63,665 bases of DNA, filler included, from Olpidium bornovanus S191 (GCA_017911155.1; 31 parts of 31 records of this genome joined end to end with filler, not necessarily neighbours in it); one strand, 5' to 3'; counted from the first letter of the whole stretch, positions 11,947-25,705 are shown. The notes: generated by a model not told the origin, from the sequence alone. A program made the numbers and translations.

Positions 11947-12624
11947 CGTGAAGAATAAAAGGGTGTTCATCCGGGCGAGGTGGATATAATCCGCCTTCCA
12001 CCTCTGCTTGTCGTCCCCGGACTGGACCATGAAGGGGTCTTTCTGCTCCTTATCGAACTCGACCTTCTCCGGGTCGGGCTTTTGGCGGTAGGACCCCCGC
12101 CATTTCTTTTTGAACAGATTCGCCTTGTCTTTTGGCGCGGTGTTGCCGTACGGGGCGACGGTCGGCTGCGGACCGGGTTTGGGAACCGCGTCAGCGGCCG
12201 GCGCCTGCGCCGCCTGCGCGTTTTCCGCCTTTTGCCCCGCGAGCTCCTGTTCGCGCGCTTTGCTCGCCTCCCGCGCCTCCTCCCTCTCCTTCTCGGCTTT
12301 GGTGAACGCGCTCTTCCGCCGGAACCAGACCGGCCGCGCAAAAGTGCTGATGTCAATCCCCTCGGGCAGGGAGGTCCTAAAAGAGGCGATCTTCTGCTGG
12401 TTGGACACCTTCCCGGCGCTCCGCAGGCGGATGGCGTGCACGACCGGGAGGGTGGAGCGGGGCTCCCCCTCGGGACCGTAGGTGCGTTTCTGCAGGCTCG
12501 GGCGGGGCAGGAAGGGCGGCGGCGGGGCGGCGGGGTTCGCCGGCGCCGTCGGCTGCGCAGTCTTCCTCCCCAACGCAGCAGCAGGGCCCGCGGCGGCGGC
12601 CGCCGCTTTTTTGGCCTCCGGCAT
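11947..12624 (-). CDS. TFG1: Probable TFIIF large subunit (Tfg1/RAP74), first exon
   Basis: Motif order resembles fungal Tfg1: ...DISTFARPVWFRRK, VAPYG...NLFKKK, DPFMVQSGDDKQRWKADY...LLFFT; GTGAGC donor at 11946. Confidence 0.55.
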
Positions 12625-14029
12625 GGTTCGATTTTCCGGGCGGAGATTTCAACCAAGGACACGAAATATTTTTTTTTGTTGTTGTTCTGTGGTTCGGCTG
12701 GTCGCACGCGGCCCTTTGCTAAACGAGAGAAGAAGGCGCCCGCGCCCAGCGTAACCCGAGGTTTGAAAGGGGGCCGGGGGAGGGGGAAGGGAAAATTCGG
12801 CCGGTCGGGGTCGTTCGGTGCCGGTGTCGGTCGGGTTTACGCGTTTGGTGTTCGGGGTGGGGGCGTTCTCTTTTTTTTTTTTTTTTTTTTTTTCGCTGAG
12901 CGCGACGCGGCACGTGACCTCGCCAGCCGCGCGGCAAAAAAAATAACAACAAAAAAAAATCTCAGCGGGCCTTAAATGCGCAACCAGAAAACTGTTTATT
13001 TCTTACCCGCGCAAAATCAAAAACGGATCGACGTGCTCAACTGACAGCCGGTCGTTCACAGCCCAAACAAACCCTCTGTGTTTCCCCACGCCCAGCTCGG
13101 CAAAAACCGACTTGCTCGTCCCTCTAAGCCCTCCCCCTTTCGCCCCCCTCCCCCGCCTCCCATAAAAAAGAAAAATAAAGAAGTCGGAAGAGAAAGAGAC
13201 ACACACACAGAGAGAGGCAGAGAGAAAAGGTGAAAGGCAGACGGAAGGAAAGAGCGGAGTGCTTGAGCCTAGAGCCCCGCCCAGGCGGTCGATCGCAACA
13301 CCAGGAAGCGCCGGGGGGAGGGGGGGGGGAAGGGGAGATTGACCGGGGGAGGCGCGCGGGTGGGGGGCCCGGTGGTGGTGGTTGCGGCGGGCGGGTGCGT
13401 GCGTGCGTGCGTGCGCGTCAAAACGGGGCGACGAGAGGGGTTTTCGGGGGAAGGGGGGCGGAAGGGAAAGGGGGGGGGGGGGGGTCTGGCCGCGTGGGCA
13501 GAGAGATTGATTATGTCGTGCCACACATCATTACAATTATTCATCTCTCCCCTTTTCCCTTTCCCTTTCCCCCCCCCCCCCCCCGTTTCACACCTCTTCC
13601 CATTCTCCACCCCCGCCCCCCCGCCCCGCCCCTCCCCCCCCTTTCACTCCTTTCTTTACCCCTGGTGTGATCCCAATCGCGAAAGAGCACTCGCCCTCTC
13701 TCTCGCTCTCTGTCTCTCTCTGCCTTTCGCCCCGCGCGTTCTCTTTTCTCTCGCCGCTCTCTGATCGCTTGTGAGAGAGCGGGAGGAATAGGGGGGGGGG
13801 TGGGGTGACTTCGGGTCAAGGGGGAAGGTGGAGGGGAAATAAAGGGGGGGGGGGGGGAGGGGGCCCGTCAGTGTCAGGCCCGCATCGTTGCCAACGCCGG
13901 CCGTCTGGTAAGCAACGACAGAGAAGGAGNNNNNNNNNNNNNNNNNNNNNNNNNNNNNNNNNNNNNNNNNNNNTTAATTAATTAANNNNNNNNNNNNNNN
14001 NNNNNNNNNNNNNNNNNNNNNNNNNNNNN

Positions 14030-16297
14030 CCATGGCCGGGGAAAGAGATATGCCGCGCTTTGCCGCTCTTCCAGTTGCGGCGGATGATGAGCTTGCGTTT
14101 GTAGATCAACTTGTACGGGTGACAGTGGGAAGGGGGTAGCGGCAGGGGCAGCGAGGCCGTTGCCGCCCCGGGTTCTTGAGCCACGTTTTCATCCCTCTCC
14201 ATCGAAACAGGGGCGCCGCCGCGCGCGTCGGCGGAAGGCCCAGCATCTTCCGCCGCGTGTACGTTGGCTGACCGACCGGCGTACTTGTGCCGTACCTTAG
14301 CCGGTTCCCGCTTCACCGGCTGCCCGCGCTGAGGCACCTGCTTCCTCGAAAACGCCGGCGAGGCCGCGATGCCTACAGAGCCGTGAGCACGTTCCTCCGC
14401 CTTCACGAAAAGCCTGGCGCTTCGCCGGAGGTGCCGCGAAGCTAAAGACGAAGATCGTAGTGCTCCGGACCCGGTGCCTCTCTGTTCGCGACGTGCACCC
14501 TCCTCCGATGCGAACTGCGAGGTATCTTGCGCGTCGTCCTCGTCCTCGAATTCCACGCCGTCTTCGACGTCCCCTTCATCGTCCACGGACATTGCGTCGT
14601 CCGCCTGCACGGAGGCGCCGCCGCTGCCACTAAGCCCGAAATGTTCGACCATCCGCATCTCCTCTGCCTTGTCATCCACCTCGAACCCGTCCATCTCGAG
14701 CCTCCTCCGCCACACGCCGGCGTCCCCGTCAACGACGTTCCGCCACCGCTTCGACACGCACGCCGCGCGGCACATGCTGCTTACATCCAGGTAGCGGAGG
14801 ACGTGGTGCGAAAGCTCAACGGGCAAGCATCCCAAAAAATCCCTCTTTAACGTCGGGAGGATTATGTTGCTCATGAACTGGAGAGTAGGCCCAGAACTGC
14901 GCCGCATAAACTGGAACATCAGGTATGACTGTAGGTTTGGCGGCAGCGTATCGAAAAGCTGGATCATCGTGGGAAGGTTTGCCAGCGACGGGATATAACG
15001 GTATCTTTTGGGCAAAACTGAAGCGGCCTCGGATGCGGCGCACTGGTCGTCGTCACTCGAGTCGGAGGTCGCATAGAACGGCGAGTTCGGTGCCAGGGCA
15101 GCCCCGGATGTCGGCGACAGCAGCGGGGAGGGAAGTGTGGACGAGCGCGCGCTTAATGAAGACTTCCTCGGCTCGTCCCCCCCTGCGGCTGCACATCTAG
15201 CTGACGAGCAGACGCCCTCGCCGTGACGCTTGGTGCATGCGCCACCAACTCGTTCTGCTGCTATCGCGGAAGCAGCCTTTAGCGCCGCCGGTCGCTGCTT
15301 CTTGTGCGGAGGCGACTTCGCCAGCTGCGCTACTGCTGAAGGTACGGTCTGAAAGGCCTGCAGCGCGCGGAGTTCAGCAGGAGGAGAGAGAGCCTGTATG
15401 GACGCTGGCCGCTTGCGCTGCGAACCGCGCGTCGCCGGCGTCTCGGCACTGGACGACTCCTCGACGTCTGCCGGACAAGCGATCCGGGCGTCGACCCTGC
15501 CAGTCTTCGCGAGTTTCTGGAAAGCGGCGTGCAGCTGTGAGAAGCGCGCCCAAAACCCGGTTAGAAAGCACGTGGGGCCCGAGACAAAACGCGAAATTCT
15601 TTTAGGCTTTCCACGGTAGTGCCTCCCGTAAAACCGTCTCGGCTCGCGCGTCAACGGCCGTGCCGCTAACCTTGATGGACGCATCTTCCCCGGGGTCGGG
15701 CTCGTCGAAGAAAGTCGTTTGGCCGTCCAGGTCAAAGCTGAACCGCTTCAGCGACGGAGGCGTTGGGGCGCCGGCGAGTGGGTACCGTGCTGGATCAAGC
15801 AGGAGGTCATCCGGGGGAGGCTTGATCGGCAGAGACGGAAACGTTGTAGTGGTGGTCGTCGTCGTCGTGACGACGGTCGTCGTCGTCGTCGGCCCAAGAG
15901 AAAGCGTCGCGTTCACGGCCGAGCTCCGCCTCTTCGCCTTCGGATGCTGGTGACGGTGGTGGCGGTGGCTGTGCCGCTGACCCGCGCGACGTCCTCTGCT
16001 GATTTTGCGGTCTTGTACTTTTGACGACGAGTAGAAATTGTCGTCCTCCGTAGCGGGATCCCCTCGCCGCTCCTCGTCACCGTTGAAGTGACCGTCATCC
16101 TCATTCTCGGCCTGCTCTAGCTCGAGCTCCTTAGCCTCGTCCCCCTCAAGTGTCGGCGTCTGCACGACGGAAGCCGAGGGCAGGGAGACAGCCCCCCGAC
16201 CCCACTTCCGCGCTGCCGTTCCCCAGGCGTCGGCGGCCCCGCCGGCAGACGGGAAGAAGTCCACCGCTGGGGGCAAATCGTGCTTCCGCGGTTTCAT
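14030..16297 (-). CDS. CDC4: F-box/WD40 SCF substrate receptor (Cdc4/Fbw7), 3'-partial; intron 15535-15670
   Basis: D-domain LPPNLQSYLMFQFMRR; F-box DFLGCLPVELSHHVLRYLDVSSMCRAACVSKRW; RRNWKSG...SFPGH start of WD40; fungal N-terminal PTTTTTVVTTTTTTTTTFP...LDPARYPLA...PTP motif. Start codon uncertain. Confidence 0.88.
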
Positions 16298-16798
16298 GCC
16301 TGTCGCCACAAACGCCTTCGCAGCTGCGCGTACCAGAAGGTTCGTGGGACGAGACCTCCGCCTCTCGGAGGTCGCCAAGCCGGCCCGCCCCGCCCCCTCG
16401 AACCCCGACCTCGGCGAGCGCCGTCTTCCGTGCGACACGACGCGCAGGCGAAGAAGAGTCAGTAGGCCGAGAGGAGGGTGGTAGGAAGCGGGGGAGAGCG
16501 GGCCGGGGCTGCGGGAGGGGGGAGGGACACAGGAGCGCGATCCGTCCTCGGCGCGGGCAGCGCAGGGGCAGAGGGGGGAAGGAGAGGAACAACGGGGCGA
16601 GGGGCGTGTGCGCTTGGCCGAGTGACACCGCGCGCGCCCCTTTCGCCCGCCGCTTCGTTCCGCGGCTTCTTCGCCGGCCTGCGCCCACGCGGCCTCGGCG
16701 CCCTCGAATCCTCAGGCTCGGCCGGTCGGGCGGGCGGGTCGACCGGGGGGAGGAGCTCTGGAGGGGCGCGAGGAGTGGGGGGGGGGGGGGGGGGGGGG

Positions 16799-16897
<99 letters not shown>

Positions 16898-17118
16898 NNN
16901 NNNNNNNNNNNNNNNNNNNNNNNNNNNNNNNNNNNNNNNNNTTAATTAATTAANNNNNNNNNNNNNNNNNNNNNNNNNNNNNNNNNNNNNNNNNNNNCTC
17001 TGGTGGACCCCCCCGGGTTCTTTGGCGGCAAAGAGCGAGGCCACAAGCAACTTTATATATCTTCGGAGCATACCCGCGATAAAGCCCTTCTAAAAAGGCA
17101 AGTTGGCACGGCATTATA

Positions 17119-17155
<37 letters not shown>

Positions 17156-18229
17156 TTGCCTCCCTATAGGCGGCAGGACCGGATTACTGTTAGGAACGTC
17201 CGGCAGCGCGGTCGGAGCTTGTGCTGCGGGTGACGAAAGCTGACCGCTGCAATCAGGCAGACTTCTCAGTCGTTTCATCAGCATCGGAAACTTTCGGCGC
17301 GAAGATCAGAAGGCGGCTCCGCAAAACAAAAGAACCCACAGACTGCCCATTCCGAGCGGCGAAATGCCCGCCGTCGGAGAAAGCGTCCCCGGGTAGCCCA
17401 CATAGTTCGGGTGTCCCGAGACGGCCGGCAGCCCGTAGCTCATGGGCAACATCGGCGCCCCCGGCGGCGAAACCAGCGGCGCGCCGTGCAAACCGAACGC
17501 ACCCCAGCACGGTCCTTGAGTGCCGGCGGGTTGCGCGTGCTCACTGGGCGCCTGGAGTGGATGCTGGAAGCTCGACTGCTCGGCGGGCCTCGGCGTGTTT
17601 GCTGACTTTACCGGAGTCGATCGAGCAGAACGCGCCGTCAGGTCTATCTGCCTGGAACAACACGGGGCTTCCGAGTGACGTCTTTTACCATTTCTGCCAA
17701 GTACGCTTTCGGGTTTACCACGACGCTCCCGTCGCCGTGCCGCAGCGGCGCACCTGCGCCGGCCTTGCCCCAGGGATTGTACGGGGAGAGCTCCTGTTCT
17801 TTCTACGGCGAAGACGAGAAAAAGAAGACGGGAGAACTTCAACGTTGACTCGCGGGAGGCGCGGCAACACACACGAAGCACTGCAACATTCCGCACCTTT
17901 TCATCCTCGCGCTGGCCTTTCGTCATTTGGTCACGCTCCCGTTCCTTTTTGCGTCGGACTTGTTCATCTATTCACACACCGCGTTTGGCAGTTCTGTCGC
18001 TTTAGTTTAGCATGTGCTTTACGTCACAGCCCCGAGGGGCTCCGGCAAACGCTTTTGCGAACGACACGCAATCAAACGCACCGAGTTCACGGTGGTACGA
18101 TGATTTCTTTTCCGCGTCCCGGTCGGCGANNNNNNNNNNNNNNNNNNNNNNNNNNNNNNNNNNNNNNNNNNNNTTAATTAATTAANNNNNNNNNNNNNNN
18201 NNNNNNNNNNNNNNNNNNNNNNNNNNNNN

Positions 18230-20318
18230 CATGGCTTTCAAAGATCTGCCGGATAGCGAATGCGCGGGGTGTCCTCACGAACATTAAAAAAATGCTCTGC
18301 ATACTTTCTCTTGGTTCCTACCAAACTTCTCGCTGATGCCAAGAGCAAAGGCTGGCGCTTAATTGCTCACCCGATAGTTAATAGGCTTGGCTTTAAAGCT
18401 GTTCGCCGCAAATTTTGCTTCGCGAGCCAGCCTTTCCTCTGTAGGTTCGAACCTGCTCCAGGATGGGCCGGGTTACCGAATACATTAGAGGTGCACTGTA
18501 TCCCGTATAATCGCGGCCGTAGGCGACGTGTACGAAGCTCACCTCGACGGCTTTGCTCGAAATTTCGTTGCGAACTTCGGCGACTTAGGCTGAGTTGGTC
18601 CCGCATCTAGATCAATGATGCGTTGGAGCGCCTTGCGGGCCAGAATAACGGCAAGAAGGCGCTAGAGTCAGCGACGCGTCTTACGGAAAAACCAAAATCA
18701 CCAGCGTGGTGCAGGGCCACTTCAATCCGCGACTTTAAAAGCGCGACGTACCTTGTTTGCCGCCTTCCTCGTCGGCTTACTTTTAAACCTGTCCGGTGTC
18801 TTGTCAAATTCCTTCACTTTGACGGCGAGAGGTACGAACGGCGACCGGACCTTTCCGTCATCGTCGCCGTCTGCCTTGCGGGCCCCCGATCTCGAACGCC
18901 CCGAACGATGGAACGTGAACGGCTTGAGGACCTCAAGGTTGGCCTTTTTGGACTTGCGCTTGGTGACCCCGCGGGAGGTTCCAGCCTTCCTCCTGAGCAT
19001 CGCCAGGTCCTCGTTTTCTCGTTCTCGGCTGCGCCGCAGCCGTTTGTCGGTCACGAAATTCGGCTGTGACGGGACAGCCTTCGTCGAAGTCCGTGCCGGC
19101 CTCGTTATTAATGCACAGGCTGCGGCGACTGATGAACCACACCGCGGTTCTCGCTCGGAAATGACACCACTGGAATGAATGCTGCTGAGCTGTTGTGAGG
19201 CGTGGGCACCTCTCTTACCCGTCCCTTCCGCGTTTTTATCGCCTTCCCAAACTTGACCCACGGGCACCCTCTGCGGAGGTGAGGATATGGACGCGACACT
19301 GTAAGCCGTAGGCTCTGTTATTGCCAGCGATCTCAAGAGCATTCCGTCCTTAGACCCCGTCGATCTGGCCGCCGCTATGGACAACGATCTCGACGGGGTT
19401 CCGTGCTTTGGTCCCGTCGACCTCTGCGTAGCAGCCGGCTCCCCTCCTAATTCCCGGGGAGGGATTTCCGCCGGCACGTCTGTTCTTAGACAAGACGCCT
19501 GCCGGGCCCTCCACCCGTCAGTTTCCCCCTCGACGTCGGGCCGGCGCGTCGTCGGGGAAGTGATCCGGCCAACGACGGTTCGCGACCCGTCGTCGTCGTC
19601 GCCGTCCTCGACCTCGCTCTCCGACTCGCCCTTGGTCGGGACGGTGCATTCGGCGACCCACGCGTCGTGGTCGTTGTCGCCGTTCGAGTGCGCGCCCTCC
19701 TCGTCGCCGGAGCCGAGGAAGCTATGGTTGCCGCCGTCGGAAAACACGGAGCTGTTGTCGTCGCTTAGTGATTCCCGGTCGCGGAACCGGACCTTGGCCG
19801 GATCCAGAGGCGTGCCGTCTAAACCAGCGCGAAGCGGGGACGCGTCAGGGAACTCGTCGTAAACGCACGGCGACGGTCGCGCAGGCTGCAAGCCGGCGGG
19901 GCTTGGCTTCCCTACCGTGCGTGTCGCTGCGCTGCGCGCCGAAACTTAAACAAGCTGGGGCCGCGAACGCGTTCGGCGTGGCGGCCGTGAAGTCGTGGTA
20001 TCTGGGAGCGCGGAATTCGTACGCCTGGCTGGGCGTGCCCGGCGCTGGATGCAGATAGTGCGGCGCGCCGCCGTCATCGTCTTCCCATCGCTTCTGCCGC
20101 TTCTGCCAATCACTGCCCCTCGACGCCGGTTCCGGGGAAGGAGGGGCGGGATCCGCGGCGACGGGCCTGACGGTGATCTCGGTTTTGGCAGCGAGAACGC
20201 CGGCAGCGACCGCCGTGCCCGCGGCGGCCTGTTCCCCCGCGCCGCCGCCCGAGGATGACGAGGCGGTGGAGGCCGCCGACGAGGAGGCGCGCTTCTTTCC
20301 CAGTCTGCGCTTCCCCAT
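18230..20318 (-). CDS. TPX2: TPX2-like spindle assembly factor, multi-exon, 3'-partial
   Basis: YEFRAPRYHDF (Aurora-A-binding-like, 19989-20021); KPFTFH...SPFVPLAVKVKEFDKTPDRF; PTQPKSPKFATKFRAKP; FKAKPIN, in TPX2 order. Confidence 0.7.
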
Positions 20319-21713
20319 TCGGCTCTCGTCGCCGGCTTTCGGCGCTGCGGGGGCCGGAGTGGGGTTGTTCTCGCGCGCCCGTGTCGCCCGTGCCGCCCGT
20401 GCGCCTTTTTGCGCCTTTGAAGTTTTTTTTTTTTTTTTTCCGCCCGCCCCGCGCCCGCTCTTCCCTTCCTTTCCCCTGCGCCGAGGCGACGACACCGGGG
20501 CCCAGGCAAGGAAGGAGCCCAGGGGAAAAAAGAAAAAAGGAAGGAAAAAAAACCCCCCACCATTCGTCCTCGCAGAACCCCCTGTTTGGCCGGACTCCGC
20601 CTGATGTGCGTATATTCCGAGTACTGCGCAGTACGCGATGTTCAGTGACGGGTGGAACGGCCATGCGTCGGCCTCTTACGCACGGAGCATCGTGGCGGTT
20701 GCGCACCTCCCTGATCGGCGGGCGCAGTGCTCACAGATCTCGCGGCGACATGAAAGTCTAGCCTCTGATGCCTCACACGAGGTTGCTGCACGACATGCAC
20801 GCGGGAGCGTGGGGGTCCCCCATTACGGTAACGCCCCAGAATCCATTTGGAAGAGAAGTCCGGGCCAAGCGTTCCCGCGAAGGTCTCGACGAGCGCTGTC
20901 GCACCGCAGTGTCGACGGATGAGATGACAATTAAATGCGCCTCCGGCCCGCTTGATCACAGCACGAGGGAAGGCTGTGGTGTTGCAACGTTGCTATACCG
21001 GTTTGCGGGCACCTAGCTGACAATACAAGCAAAATGCGACCTTTGCGCGAGGTTGCGTTGCGGCAACAAGGAGCAACCGTCAACGACGCAGAAGAAGAGC
21101 GGGTCGATGCGTGCCCCGCAACCTCAGACATCTCAGACATCCCGTGAGTGCAAAAAGGCGACTGGACGGCTTCACGGATAGCACACCTCGAGCTTGACAC
21201 GCAGTCCGCGTCACGTGGCGCGGTCCTCCCGGCCGGACGTGGAGGTCCCGGTACGCGGCCTCTGATTATCATTTGTATTGATTGCATTGTGTTCAGTCAT
21301 ATGCTCGTGTGATTACACGCCCATGCNNNNNNNNNNNNNNNNNNNNNNNNNNNNNNNNNNNNNNNNNNNNTTAATTAATTAANNNNNNNNNNNNNNNNNN
21401 NNNNNNNNNNNNNNNNNNNNNNNNNNCATGCACCTAGCGCGTTTCTGATATTATTACTTTTTTTACTTGTCGTTTGCATTTTAAAATTTCTTGATTTTTC
21501 CGAAAACCGGGAAGGAAAGTGTGTTTGTCAAAAAGCCGCTTTTTGCGCCGAGAGCTTCCCTGGGAGCAAATCTGTATCCCGAAATCTGCATCCCGTATCA
21601 ATTTTTTTGTTAATGATTTTTTTTATTTTTGATCTGGGGGTAACTTATGTGCAGTAACTGCGCTCCGGTGGTTTTCGTTCTCTCAGAAAAACGAACACTA
21701 TGTCTCAATCTTG

Positions 21714-21803
21714 GACTGGATCGTAAGCAGCGAAATCTTCTGCCTCACAAATATGCCTGACTGGATCGCAAGCAGCGAAATCGTCTGCCTCACAAATATG
21801 CCT
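21714..21803. repeat. 45-bp tandem duplication (2 copies, 2 mismatches)
   Basis: GACTGGATCG(T/C)AAGCAGCGAAATC(T/G)TCTGCCTCACAAATATGCCT twice. Confidence 0.95.
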
Positions 21804-23706
21804 GCCAGTCTACTTTCTGATTCTGTCAAAGTAAGCAAAGATGTACGTCCGCTCGAGTTCGAAACCGTCATCCTGGACAGCAGCCAGAGCTTCTCCTCAG
21901 CCTTGCGCCTGCGTCGGAGAGAAGCCGACCGGCGCAGCCTTCAAGCATCAAGGGCCGGGACAGTGCGCCGCCGTCGGTGGGAGAGGCGGAGAGGAGCGGC
22001 TGGGCAGGCAAAGGCGAGTGCTTGGCTTTACTTTTGCGGTTCTTGGAAGGTGCGGGACTTTGGAAATCGTAATTCGGGGATGCGGAAGCCCCTTTTTTTC
22101 CCGCTCCGTTCCCTTGTCCCGCTTCCGCCCCTGCAACTGCCCCGGCCACCGCCCCGCCCTCCCTCCTCACTTTCCCCCCACGGTAATAAACCTCTGGTAA
22201 ACAAATCCCTCAGCGGAATTTGCACGTACAAAGAATGCGACGGACCCTTCTTTTCTTTCTTTCGTTTCTGCCCTTCCGTGGTTCGTCGGCGGCCGCGGAC
22301 ACCGCGGTAACTGCTGCGGAAGAATGTCCTTGTTTTGGGCGCAAAACTCCGTTGCGCAGGACAGTGAAAGCGCGCCGGTTGCGCACAGCGCGTTCTACCC
22401 AATTCTTTACCCTGCTTCCTCAGTTCGGCGAGCGCGCAGGGGGGTTTTTTTCCTTGCTTTCTCGCGCGCAGCCCCTTATTTCTAAGATTCGGAGATTTTT
22501 TTTTTGTCCATTATTCTTTTTGATTCGCCCTACGCGGCTTTCCGATTCGCCGCGCACGCATCCCGCGAACAAAAGACAAAAAACAAATCATCCCACAGCG
22601 CACTATCCTGCGCCGGCACCCCGCTTCCCCGCCCAGCTTCTCGCCTGCGCACCCCTCGACGTTAGAACTACTTGCATCCTTCCATTCCCTCCCACTCCCC
22701 CACCCTTTCCCCTCCGAAATCGCCCGACAAACGCAAGCCCGCTTTTCTCCTCGTTTGGTTTTGCCGCCGGGCAAAGTGGTTTTACGGAGCAGTAAGCCTT
22801 TTGATTGTAAAACCCGCCCCATCTCAGGTTATTTCCGTTGGTGTTACCGGCACGAGCGTGTCGCACTTCCCTCAAATAATTAAGCTGGTTTTGGACGGGG
22901 CTTTGCTGAGGTTAGAAGTGGCACAAGCCAGTTTACAAATTAACACTTCCGTGGTGACAGTTCTGGGTGCGGCGTTTCCAGGAATTTTTGTTCTTTTGAC
23001 TCGGTGAATGCCGTACTTGCGGGTGGTTCGACCATGCCTGGTCAGCTCCACCACGTGTACGTTCACCTTCGCCACTCGACAGTCTCTTGGCCGAAGGAGC
23101 GTTCACTGAATATTTTATCTTTTTTTAATCTCCCTCACACATTTTTAAGGCACTTCGTCGTCAAAACGTCGCGTCAGGTCCATGAGCCTAATCTGACTGC
23201 AAGCCTAAGTCGTTCTTGCCCAGCATGGTGGGCCAAAGGTGCCTCTGTATTGTAAACCAAGAACCGCAAGCCTTTCTCTCTCTCTTGCATCGCCGTGTAA
23301 GGAACAAGGGCGGCGGTGCAGACGAACTGGTGCGGAGGTGAAAAAGTTGCACCAANNNNNNNNNNNNNNNNNNNNNNNNNNNNNNNNNNNNNNNNNNNNT
23401 TAATTAATTAANNNNNNNNNNNNNNNNNNNNNNNNNNNNNNNNNNNNNNNNNNNNCATGCCCAGCGCAAAACCGGCCACCGTTGCGGACGCGGTGGGGGA
23501 ACCTATCACAGCGGCTTTTATTGGTAATTGTGCCAAACGCCCCCTGGACCTCCTCTACGAGAAACTCCGGAGGGACCATAGGGATCTGCCCGCTCGCAGG
23601 CATAGCAGGCGTGCCGGGGCCTGCGGGGGTGCGCTTCGGCTGCTCGACCGCAAAGTTGCACCAGCAGCAAAATGACGAGGGCAGGGCCCTGCTTCAATAA
23701 TCTAAA

Positions 23707-24895
23707 TCATGTTGTCTGCGGTGCCTCGGCGTCCAGGATCGCAAGGCCGTATATCCTACGAGCGTTGGCGGTGCACACCTTCAGTACCTCATCCAACTCG
23801 ATACCCCGGAGCTTCGCTACCTTCTCTGCAACGTAGGGGATGTACCCGCTGTGGCAGATCTTGACCCTTTCTTCGGCGGACCTCTTCCGCGCGTTCACTT
23901 GCGCCGGCACCATGTAAGGTGAGTCGGTCTCCAGCAGAATCCGCTCCAGCGGCAGATCACGTGCGACTTTCTGCGTGTTTTCGGCAGATTTGTACGTTAC
24001 GACGCCGGTAATCCCGATGTATAAGTTGGGGAAGTGGGCAACGAGCTTCTCGGCCAACTCGGGTGACGACGTGAAGCCTGCCCATCGGAACCGAGCGGCC
24101 GAGTAAGGCACAGGTAGAATCAGTGAGGTGGGTCAGCGGCAAAGTTGAATATGCTGCTGCTCTGGCGAATACATACAATGCACATGGATAAACCAATTCT
24201 CTGGAATATGCTCCTTCATGAGGTCCCAGGTGTCGTCTTCCGCCTCGCGGGTGTGCACAACTGATAAATTTTACCGATTGAGCAAAGTCAGGTGCACGGA
24301 GAACACGAGATATAGGTTTGGCGTAATCCTCATACCGATGGGTTTGTTACAACGAACGGCAGCCCGGATCTGTTTCGCAAACACAATGCCTTGGATATCC
24401 CTTCGTTTGCGGACTCGGTCAAACAGCTGCGCGCTGTGGTTTCCGCCAGTGGAAAAGGCTCGGGACCTGGTCCCAACCTGCCTCCAAACCTGCAGAGGTT
24501 TCTTACCTTGGGGAGTTATCGTAGTAATAATCAAGCCCGATCTCTCCCCAAGCGACCACTTTTGGGTGGCTCATGGTCATTTCTATCTTAGCTTCAAGCT
24601 CGTCAGTGTAATCTTTGGCTTGTTGAGGATGGACGCCGAGGGATAACGTCATCCAGTCTATATCGACGAGCGTCTGGAACAGGACCTCGTTCTCAATGTC
24701 TGCAACGTCGCACAGAACGTTCACGCATTTATCGAAGTTGAGCGGGAACCTTGCACGCAGGTCTTGAACCTCCACGCAAAATTTCTCCGCAACCGCGTGG
24801 TGGTGGACGTGCGTGTCAACAAACGCCACGGACGAGAGGGGATGCGGGTGAAGGGCAGCGCATATGTCCGGCGAGGACTGCGAAGAAGACGCCAT
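23707..24895 (-). CDS. TatD-family metal-dependent DNase, apparently complete, multi-exon
   Basis: DTHVH, GVHP, WGEIGLDYYY, VHTREAEDD, YIGITG, LERILLETDSPY motifs; stop at 23707. Confidence 0.92.
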
Positions 24896-25451
24896 TGCTG
24901 AGTCCCTTGTCGCTGCGGTCAGCAAACGCCCAAATCAAAACAAAGCGCGAGACACTTTCTTCCACTCGACCCCCTCCCCGCGCCTCCCCCGCGGCAAAGA
25001 AGCGGGCCGCACGGAAAAATCTGTAAACCTGCGTGACAGTTCCGTTTCGCAACGGTCTTCGATACAGCGGGATAAGCGGCGGCACGGTTTTGGATCCTCG
25101 CGCAGCAAACGGCTACGGTCGATGGTGGTGGCCTGGATCCGAACAGCGCGCGACCTGCTGCAAAACACCCGGTTCTCAACATTCAGCCATGAAATCTGCC
25201 TAAGGACGCCGTGCGGTCAGCACTTGGGAAGAGGTCGTTCGAGCGCGCGAGGTTGCCTTCTCCCCGAGGGACGCCGCGCCATTAATAAGTATGGTTTGTA
25301 TTCATATAGCAGTACATTTGCATTCAAAGTAATGTAAATTATATACACATGNNNNNNNNNNNNNNNNNNNNNNNNNNNNNNNNNNNNNNNNNNNNTTAAT
25401 TAATTAANNNNNNNNNNNNNNNNNNNNNNNNNNNNNNNNNNNNNNNNNNNN

Positions 25452-25485
<34 letters not shown>

Positions 25486-25549
25486 CCGTTTTGAATCGTC
25501 GGAGGGCGGTGTGTGGCGCTCGCGGAGGAGAAGAAAGAATTGAATTGCG

Positions 25550-25559
25550 GTCACGTGAC
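25550..25559. promoter_or_regulatory. Palindromic E-box GTCACGTGAC
   Basis: ~150 nt upstream of the DUF4336 gene ATG. Confidence 0.5.
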
Positions 25560-25705
25560 GGGCTCGAGAAGAGAAAGCCCCCGTTGCCCACCAACCGGCG
25601 CGAGGCGGACAATCTCACAGAAACGCGCAGGAGCAGCCGCTGACCAACGACGCCGGCACCATTTCCCGAACCTCCTCACCCCCCCCCCCGCGCACCTCGA
25701 ACCCA

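Noticed and set aside
16998-17090. GLYRGYAPKIYKV resembling a mitochondrial carrier repeat end
   Set aside because: Too short, at a contig edge, and no PxDxxK signature is visible
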